A stretch of 23,231 nt of DNA, from assembly GCA_048881705.1 (NCBI GenBank), contig JBHLSH010000064.1, positions 1 through 23,231 of the forward strand, read 5' to 3'. Position numbers and translations under genes: made by a program. The DNA comes from Candidatus Heimdallarchaeota archaeon (GTDB lineage: Archaea > Asgardarchaeota > Heimdallarchaeia > Hodarchaeales > Hodarchaeaceae). The notes beneath the pieces were generated by a model that saw only the letters and a program-made list of their open reading frames with translations, was not told the origin of the DNA and did no database searches. Below, piece after piece: positions 16,895 through 23,231 of the stretch (positions are counted from its first letter, which is position 1; each line of letters begins with the position of its first letter).

Positions 16895-19174
16895 ATGGCC
16901 GTTGTATTGGGATTCGGAATGAACTGGAATATTCTGCTTGCCTATTTCAATTCATTTATGGCTGCCATCGGTTCAGGAATTACCTTTACCGCCGTCTCCG
17001 TATTTATTACACAAACATTGGATTTATCAAATCTTGTTCTAGGGAATCTGTTTACAATAGCAGGATTAGCGTCAACAATCTTCGTATTTCCGTCTGGCTA
17101 CCTAGCGGATAAGTACCGAAGGGATATTCTAATTCGATTATCAGTACTTTTTCTACTTGTGGGCCAGATCTTGCTTATTACTTCAACGACTCTAATTGGC
17201 GATCCTGAAACCGCGTTAATTGCATTAATAGCAAGTCGTTTTCTTGATGGTATGGGCTGGGGACTATCTGGACCTGCTGTACAAGCTCTTATAGCTGACA
17301 GTCTTGAACCCGGTAACAGATCACGTGTGTATGCGCGGATGCATTTTGTGAACCTTGGGGCATCTGCCATTGGCCCTTTTCTAGCTATTGGACTAACCTT
17401 TGTTTTGGGTGATACCTGGGCCATCGGAACTCTTCAGAACTTGATCATAATGGGTGCCGTTGCCTCCATATTTGGGATTCTCTCGTTAGGACTCATGAGC
17501 GATGAGAATGCGGTTGCTTCAAGACTGGAAATCCCCTCTCAAGATAAACAGATAGATAAAGAACCCGTGATTGCCACTGTGTTCGGGCGAGAATTCTCAT
17601 ACGATGTTGTCATTCCAGGCGTTATGGTAATTTCGGGAATAATTATAGGATTTGGTGCAGGTGCAACGGTAGCCTTCTTTCCCGTGCTTTTTGCAGATCC
17701 CGATATTGGTTATGGATTACAACCCTTATTTACCTACACAGTCATGGGCATAACCAGCCTTGCAACGGGATCTGCTGGAATTATGGCCCAGAAATTGATT
17801 CAAAAAACGGGCAGAATCGGTAGTATGTTTCTGGTTCAAGGCCTTGCTATAATATGTCTCCTTGGATTAGTCATTAATCTCGCTTTGTATCAAGGAGGTA
17901 CAATTCTCTTTGATACATCAGTGTTAATACTTGTCTTCTTTTATATATCGCGTAATTCGCTAATGAATGCTAGTGGCCCAATTTCTCGATCCATCGTTAT
18001 GGACGTAGTTCCTTCCAAAGACAGGGGAAAGTGGAATTCGTTAGAAACATTGGCTTGGGGCATGTTCTGGTCTTTATCGGCATCTATTGGCGGATTTGTG
18101 GTTGATACGTTTGGTTTTTTGTACGTATTCGTATTTACCGCGACATTGTACTCTGTAGCAACTCTAATTTTACTCACAATTAGAAAGCGTGTTCCCAAGG
18201 AATCGGTCTTATCCCGAACCTATCAGATTGGAAAACTTTCAACTCGTAATCGTGTTGTTATGTCATCTAGTACTTTGGATGGAAGGTTAAAACCTGCAGA
18301 TCACGCGGGTCAATTAAAAACGGATACTATATCTTTTTATGCTAATGTATCTCAAGGAGGAGTGGGATTAATTTATCTACAACCTGCTTACATCTCTGAT
18401 TCCGGTAAACAGACTACAAACCAGTTAGGAATTCATGAGGACTATTGCATTCCACGTTTACAAGAATTAGTGGAGCGTGTGCACCAAGAGGGTGCTTTGA
18501 TAGGAATTCGCTTAACGCATGCCGGAGCCGCAACGCGGAGGTCAATAACTGGAACGGAACCTTTATCAGCTTCTAGCATCCAAATCCCAGGATATGACCT
18601 TCCTCGCGGGCTTGAATCTGGGGAGTTAATAGAAATTAGACAAGAATTTTTGAATGCCGCCCACAGAGCGATTGTCGCCGGTTTTGATGTTATTGAACTA
18701 TCCTCATTTTTCGATCCAAATCAAGTTCCAGACTTGTTTACTCAGTTTCTCTCTCCAAAATTTAATAAACGAACAGATGAGTACGGTGGATCATTTATAA
18801 ACAGAATACAATTTCCTTTGGAAGTAATAAGGGATATAAAGTCATCTCTTCCACCATCTACGATGTTAGCGTTCTATATATGTATTCCCCCGCACAAATT
18901 GGCATTTGATGAACTTATTGAATTCGTTGGCTCTCTATTTGACTCTGGAATAGAGATCCTGGGCCTAGATTTTGCAGATCGGTCAATCGAACAAGCAGAG
19001 TCTATTGAACTGATTGAAAAAATACGAAAAGAGTTTCCTGCGTTAGCCCTAGTTTTTTGTGGAGATTTTGATGTAAAAAGCGGAGAAAACGCGATTAAAA
19101 AAGGTCAGGCTGATCTTATTGGCTTTGAAACTTTGCTTCAACGAGATATATCTTTTCCTAATGCTTTGCGATAA
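16895..19174 (+). CDS. MFS transporter fused to a degenerate NADH:flavin oxidoreductase (Old Yellow Enzyme) domain
   Basis: aa 1-~430: about 12 hydrophobic segments and MFS motif A (GYLADKYRR). aa ~438-759: OYE scaffold (QIGKLSTRNRVVM, LTHAG, AGFDVIEL, QFLSPKFNKRTDEYGGSFINR). One uninterrupted frame. Confidence 0.85.
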   Translation: MAVVLGFGMNWNILLAYFNSFMAAIGSGITFTAVSVFITQTLDLSNLVLGNLFTIAGLASTIFVFPSGYLADKYRRDILIRLSVLFLLVGQILLITSTTLIGDPETALIALIASRFLDGMGWGLSGPAVQALIADSLEPGNRSRVYARMHFVNLGASAIGPFLAIGLTFVLGDTWAIGTLQNLIIMGAVASIFGILSLGLMSDENAVASRLEIPSQDKQIDKEPVIATVFGREFSYDVVIPGVMVISGIIIGFGAGATVAFFPVLFADPDIGYGLQPLFTYTVMGITSLATGSAGIMAQKLIQKTGRIGSMFLVQGLAIICLLGLVINLALYQGGTILFDTSVLILVFFYISRNSLMNASGPISRSIVMDVVPSKDRGKWNSLETLAWGMFWSLSASIGGFVVDTFGFLYVFVFTATLYSVATLILLTIRKRVPKESVLSRTYQIGKLSTRNRVVMSSSTLDGRLKPADHAGQLKTDTISFYANVSQGGVGLIYLQPAYISDSGKQTTNQLGIHEDYCIPRLQELVERVHQEGALIGIRLTHAGAATRRSITGTEPLSASSIQIPGYDLPRGLESGELIEIRQEFLNAAHRAIVAGFDVIELSSFFDPNQVPDLFTQFLSPKFNKRTDEYGGSFINRIQFPLEVIRDIKSSLPPSTMLAFYICIPPHKLAFDELIEFVGSLFDSGIEILGLDFADRSIEQAESIELIEKIRKEFPALALVFCGDFDVKSGENAIKKGQADLIGFETLLQRDISFPNALR

Positions 19175-19194
19175 GAACTGGGCATAACATAAGG

Positions 19195-19584
19195 TTAACT
19201 GGTACAAAACGTTTCATATTCTTCAGCATCCATTAATTTCGCAAGATCTTCTTCCAAGTTTGATGGCCGAACGCGGACAAGCCATGCACCATAAGGATCG
19301 GTATTAGTTAGTTCCGGAGAGTCTTCAACCTCCTCGTTAACCTCCATAACTTCTCCTGATAATGGCGAATGGACATCGGATACAGCTTTAACGGATTCAA
19401 TCGCTGCAAAGACTTCTCCATGGATTATTGTATCTCCGACCTCAGGAAGCTCAACCATGACAACATCTTTCAGAGCTTGTTGGGCAAAATCCGAAATGCC
19501 AATCAGACATGTACCATCATCTTCAACTCTGCACCATTGGTGCTCCTTATAGTATTTTGCGGACTTATCGTATTTATAGGACAT
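19195..19584 (-). CDS. gcvH: Glycine cleavage system H protein / lipoyl carrier
   Basis: EHQW, IGISDFAQQAL, lipoylation motif IESVKAVSD, SPLSGEV, DPYG.WL. AAGGAG RBS. Confidence 0.93.
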   Translation of the reverse strand: MSYKYDKSAKYYKEHQWCRVEDDGTCLIGISDFAQQALKDVVMVELPEVGDTIIHGEVFAAIESVKAVSDVHSPLSGEVMEVNEEVEDSPELTNTDPYGAWLVRVRPSNLEEDLAKLMDAEEYETFCTS

Positions 19585-19987
19585 TACATTATTCTCCTTG
19601 GAAAATCTTTCTGGTCATCTAATGAAAGGACGCTAGAAAGTCGTAAACCAGATAAAATCCTTTTTTTTTAAGTCTATTGGCGCGAGACCTATACCTGTGG
19701 TGATCCATTTCATTATAGTGATAAAATAGTCGAACAGAGAAAACTTAGTTTAATTCTGTCTAATATCGGAGTTACAAAACCAGAGGTCTGATCTTTATGG
19801 CTGCCATCATACCATCCATTTATCCTGAATTTTGGGATTGGATCGAATAATGTCTTTTGTTTTTCTATAAGAGTAGCCCCGGAATTACCAGAAAAACTAA
19901 TCCCTCATAGAATTAGCGAGACGAGCTATGTCACAGGACATCAAAAAATCGAGTGTTTAGGCTCGAAAGATTCACCATTCAGGATTC

Positions 19988-20005
19988 AATGACCTTGGGG
20001 TCATT
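19988..20005. promoter_or_regulatory. Perfect inverted repeat AATGACC-TTGG-GGTCATT in the gcvH/hdr divergent region
   Basis: 7-4-7 palindrome seen directly. Regulatory role is inferred only. Confidence 0.3.
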
Positions 20006-20334
20006 TTCCATCTTTGAAACACTGAATTGGAGTAGTGTACACTCTTAATTAGCGTATGAATTTTCCAATTTAAACAATTTAATTCATAATTATCGTTATT
20101 TACCGCAAATTAGAAATGAACTGTTCGTTGATCGCTTATTCACTCCAATGTGCTCACGAAATAGTTGTCAGGGGCGGATGGGCTAATTAACAATAATAAA
20201 TTCCGGAAATAAACGAAAAAAAAGAAAAAGGCCAAGTGCCATACGAGTACATGGAATTACCTATATATAAAACCAGAGGAGATTCCTATAAATAGCTCAG
20301 AAGTGCTCGAGAGTCTCTTAAATTGGGATTATTT

Positions 20335-20976
20335 ATGAGTACAAAAGTATATGAGTTAAATGATGAAAGCCAGGCTTTTCGTAACGAAGTTGTTGAAGAA
20401 GAGGGGGGCCATCACCTTAGGAGCTGCTTTCAATGTTCATCCTGCTCTTTGGCGTGCCCTGTGGCCGAAGTTGGTGTTGATCTGCATCCTCGTCGTGTTA
20501 TTCGCCAAATTCTTTTTGGCCTAAGGAAAGAAGTTTTGCAGAGCCCAGAAATTTGGAAATGTGTTGGGTGCTTTGAATGTACCGACACGTGTCCCCAGAA
20601 CGTGCGTTTTACAGAGGTGATAGAGGCCCTCCGACGGATAGCTATCCGTGACTCTAAACATAGAGATAAGAATCGTCGAATAGCATTACCCAAGGAAGGG
20701 GTTTTAAAACATTCGTTCGATAAAAGGTTCAAGGAAAGCGTATGGCTATGGGGACGGACTTGGGAACCTGGAATGATCGGTCGGTACTTCTTATATGGAC
20801 GGGGGCTCCCCTTTGGCGCCTTGATTGGATTTAAGTATGTATCAATGATTCTAAGCTTGATTGTCAAGTTTAAAATTGAATTCCTTCCTCCCCGAACGGG
20901 AGAGACGCGTAAGGAAGTTCGACGTATTTTCGCAAGAGCCAAAGAGTTACAGAACGGTAGGGGGCCATCATCATGA
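20335..20976 (+). CDS. hdrC: Heterodisulfide reductase subunit C-like (2x[4Fe-4S])
   Basis: CFQCSSCSLACP and CVGCFECTDTCP, HPRRVIR, IWKC. Stop overlaps the hdrB start (ATGA). Alternative TTG start at 20323. Confidence 0.85.
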   Translation: MSTKVYELNDESQAFRNEVVEEEGGHHLRSCFQCSSCSLACPVAEVGVDLHPRRVIRQILFGLRKEVLQSPEIWKCVGCFECTDTCPQNVRFTEVIEALRRIAIRDSKHRDKNRRIALPKEGVLKHSFDKRFKESVWLWGRTWEPGMIGRYFLYGRGLPFGALIGFKYVSMILSLIVKFKIEFLPPRTGETRKEVRRIFARAKELQNGRGPSS

Positions 20977-21872
20977 AGATAGCGTACTATCCTGGATGTT
21001 CATTACATAAAATGGCAAAGGAATATAATACGTCTACATACAAAGTTTCTAAAGCTCTTGATCTCGAGCTGGAAGAACTAGAGGGGTGGAATTGCTGCGG
21101 AGCAATGGAAGTTAGCGCTATTGATCCCCTGGCTGCTGATGGCATTGTAGCTCGTAATTTGGCATTGGCCGAAACTCAGGGCTATAACGATCTCATGGCG
21201 GTCTGTCCAGCCTGCTCTCATAAATTAATCTCAGTCAATCGAAAAATGGAACTCAATGATGCGAAGGCAGAGGAGATTAATTCGCTTCTAGACGGTTCCT
21301 ATACTCCTGGTGCAGTGAATCCAATCCATTTTCTGCAGGTTCTCAGAGACAAAATCGGTTTAGATAAAATAAGGCAGAAAGTCCTTCCAGGAAATCCGCT
21401 TGAGGGAAAAAAAGGCGTATCTTACTATGGATGCCTCTGTACTAGACCAGGGGACGTCATTCAGTTTGAGGATCCAAACAACCCAACGTTTATGGATGAT
21501 ATTCTTCGCGTAATCGGAGTTGAAGTTCCACATTTTCCCATGAAAACCAAGTGTTGTGGAGCCACGCAACTCATGGTGAACAAGCCCTTGGTTGAAAATC
21601 TTACAGGGAATATCTTATTGAATGCTCATGATGTAGGTGCTGAATTTGTTGTCGTAGCCTGCCAGATGTGTGCACAGGCCTTGGACGGCCAACAGAAACA
21701 ATCTCTCAGGCGTGTAGAAGCCAAGAATGTCAAACTTCCCGTGCTATACATATCTCAAGCCTTGGGTATTGCGATGGGTATGAGCTACGGTATGCTGGGT
21801 TTGGGTTCCAATTTCGTTTCACCCAAAAGGCTTCTTGCGCGTAAATCAAACGGAGGCACAGGTACAAAATGA
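20973..21872 (+). CDS. hdrB: Heterodisulfide reductase subunit B-like (two CCG domains)
   Basis: YYPGC...WNCCG...CPAC and YYGC...KCCG...CQMC: both non-cubane cluster motifs intact. Confidence 0.88.
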   Translation: MKIAYYPGCSLHKMAKEYNTSTYKVSKALDLELEELEGWNCCGAMEVSAIDPLAADGIVARNLALAETQGYNDLMAVCPACSHKLISVNRKMELNDAKAEEINSLLDGSYTPGAVNPIHFLQVLRDKIGLDKIRQKVLPGNPLEGKKGVSYYGCLCTRPGDVIQFEDPNNPTFMDDILRVIGVEVPHFPMKTKCCGATQLMVNKPLVENLTGNILLNAHDVGAEFVVVACQMCAQALDGQQKQSLRRVEAKNVKLPVLYISQALGIAMGMSYGMLGLGSNFVSPKRLLARKSNGGTGTK

Positions 21873-23005
21873 CATTATCTGGCCAATCTCCCTCTGGATT
21901 TCTTCCATTGGATACTTCCGATCCGATGTCTGTTATCTATGCATGTTATCAATGTGGATCGTGTACAGGGGTATGTCCTCTACGTAAAGTCTCACAATAC
22001 AATCCACGTGCCATTATTCATGCTTCTCTTCTGGGCCACTCTTTGTCAGAGGATGATCTAACCGATTGTCTGACTTGCCGTCAATGCTACGAAGTTTGCC
22101 CTCAACAAATTGATTTTCCTATCTTTATCCAAGGTCAACGGGCCCAACTTGGGGTTAACGAACAGAACTTCGCCCATCATAACATCTTCAATCTTCTCCA
22201 AGATATGCAAAGTAAAAACAGTGAGAAAGGGATGGAATTCGAGTATAAAGGGGATCTCAATCCTGAAGGGAATATTGCCTATTTTCCTGGTTGTATTGAC
22301 TTGTTTGATCGTTTACTAGACCTTGAAGAAGTTGACTTCCATCAGATAGGTCAAAGCGCAATCAACCTTATCAATAAGGCTGGAATAGAACCAAACCTTG
22401 TTTCTCTGAAATGCTGCGGCCACGATGCCTTTTGGAGCGGAGATAATGTATCTTTTAAGAAAATACGCTCCTATAATGAGAAGATCCTGAAAAAATCAGG
22501 AGTAACAACCCTCATTTTGTCATGTGCCGAATGTTATTATTCATTCAAAGAACTGTATCAGCTTGAAAACATCACAATTCAGCATATTTCAGAATTTATC
22601 GTAAAAAATTCTGATAACTTCTCAAAAGGAGATATGGAGCCCACGACCGTGACCTATCACGATCCATGTCGATTGGGACGCTATTTGGGTGAATATGACA
22701 ATCCTCGTGAGGCTATCAAAGGTATCGATGGCATTACGTTTACTGAACTCCCAAAAAATCGTGGATCTACTCAATGTTGTGGGGTTTCGGCATGGATGAA
22801 GTGTGATGACAAATCGAGATATTTAATGCTCCAAAAACTAGAAGAAGCAACAAGGACAGGTGCGTCTACGCTAACAGTATCCTGTACTAAGTGTTTTGCT
22901 CATTTAAACTGTGTTCTGCATGATAAAAAACCACAACACAATTTTGATATTCAGATCAAGGAGCTCGGAACCCTTGTGGACGAAGCAACCCCGCAGGTGA
23001 AATAA
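21869..23005 (+). CDS. HdrD/GlpC-like Fe-S oxidoreductase (HdrC+HdrB-type fusion)
   Basis: [12 protein letters not shown] and [12 protein letters not shown], then FPGC...KCCGH...CAEC and YHDPC...QCCG...CTKC. ATGA overlap with hdrB. Confidence 0.8.
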   Translation: MTLSGQSPSGFLPLDTSDPMSVIYACYQCGSCTGVCPLRKVSQYNPRAIIHASLLGHSLSEDDLTDCLTCRQCYEVCPQQIDFPIFIQGQRAQLGVNEQNFAHHNIFNLLQDMQSKNSEKGMEFEYKGDLNPEGNIAYFPGCIDLFDRLLDLEEVDFHQIGQSAINLINKAGIEPNLVSLKCCGHDAFWSGDNVSFKKIRSYNEKILKKSGVTTLILSCAECYYSFKELYQLENITIQHISEFIVKNSDNFSKGDMEPTTVTYHDPCRLGRYLGEYDNPREAIKGIDGITFTELPKNRGSTQCCGVSAWMKCDDKSRYLMLQKLEEATRTGASTLTVSCTKCFAHLNCVLHDKKPQHNFDIQIKELGTLVDEATPQVK

Positions 23006-23007
23006 TC

Positions 23008-23231
23008 ATGGTAGCCAGTACGCAGGAAATATCTCAATCTTCAACGAAACTGGGATCCGTTTTAGTCATTGGTGGAGGAATAGCAGGTATCCAAGCATCA
23101 TTGGATCTAGCAGAGCAGGGGTTCCTGGTTTATTTAATGGAAAGCAATCCCTCCATAGGAGGTCGGATGGTTCAGTTAGATAAGACTTTTCCTACTCTTG
23201 ATTGCGCTATGTGTATTCTAGGTCCCAAATT
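23008..23231 (+). CDS. hdrA: Heterodisulfide reductase subunit A-like flavoprotein, N-terminal part; runs off the right edge
   Basis: My own translation: [74 protein letters not shown], the HdrA FAD-binding signature. AGGTGA RBS. Not in the ORF track. Confidence 0.88.
   Translation, partial: MVASTQEISQSSTKLGSVLVIGGGIAGIQASLDLAEQGFLVYLMESNPSIGGRMVQLDKTFPTLDCAMCILGPK

Noticed and set aside
19585-19700. Possible glycine riboswitch upstream of gcvH
   Set aside because: I could not find the conserved GGAGA/CCGAAG/CUCUCAGG-type elements on the minus strand.
1281-22319. Many short overlapping or antisense ORFs in the track (e.g. 4327-4665, 5347-5754, 17098-17424, 19369-19671, 20430-20942)
   Set aside because: They are shadows of well-supported genes on another frame or strand and have no motifs.
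20335-23231. Selenocysteine or pyrrolysine readthrough in the hdr genes
   Set aside because: All cluster motifs are complete with Cys codons; the TGA stops of hdrC and hdrB are ATGA overlaps with the next start.
1-23231. CRISPR arrays, tRNA/rRNA genes, IS elements, prophage or defence genes
   Set aside because: No regularly spaced repeats, cloverleafs, rRNA-like tracts, or transposase/integrase/nuclease motifs seen by eye; a covariance-model scan would be needed to exclude small RNAs.

Overview
A gene-dense 23.2 kb prokaryotic window with 23 supportable CDSs, two of them truncated at the edges. It is most consistent with an archaeon, plausibly Asgard. That assignment is an inference from GGTGA/GAGGT ribosome-binding sites, TTTATATA boxes, an Archaeoglobus-type CopZ Fe-S domain, an hdr cluster and a Ras-like P-loop fragment. 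In order, the window holds: a truncated P-loop GTPase-like frame (-), an aldo/keto reductase, uvrB, a hypothetical protein, lpdA, and an ArsR-like wHTH protein coupled to a hypothetical protein. Next is a metal-response island (CmtR-type ArsR regulator divergent from HMA chaperone > CopZ-N-terminal Zn/[2Fe-2S] protein > MerB-like lyase > MBL-fold hydrolase) with no merA or P1B-ATPase in view. Then come a D-2-hydroxyacid dehydrogenase, a korAB-type oxidoreductase bracketed by two CBS proteins, a seamless MFS transporter-Old Yellow Enzyme fusion whose catalytic and FMN-binding residues are replaced, an orphan gcvH, and a divergent hdrC-hdrB-hdrD-like-hdrA operon running off the right edge. I found no rRNA, tRNA, CRISPR array or intact mobile element. 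The best novelty candidates are the MFS-pseudo-OYE fusion and the MerA-less MerB/CopZ-NT module. All assignments come from reading motifs by eye; no database searches were run.
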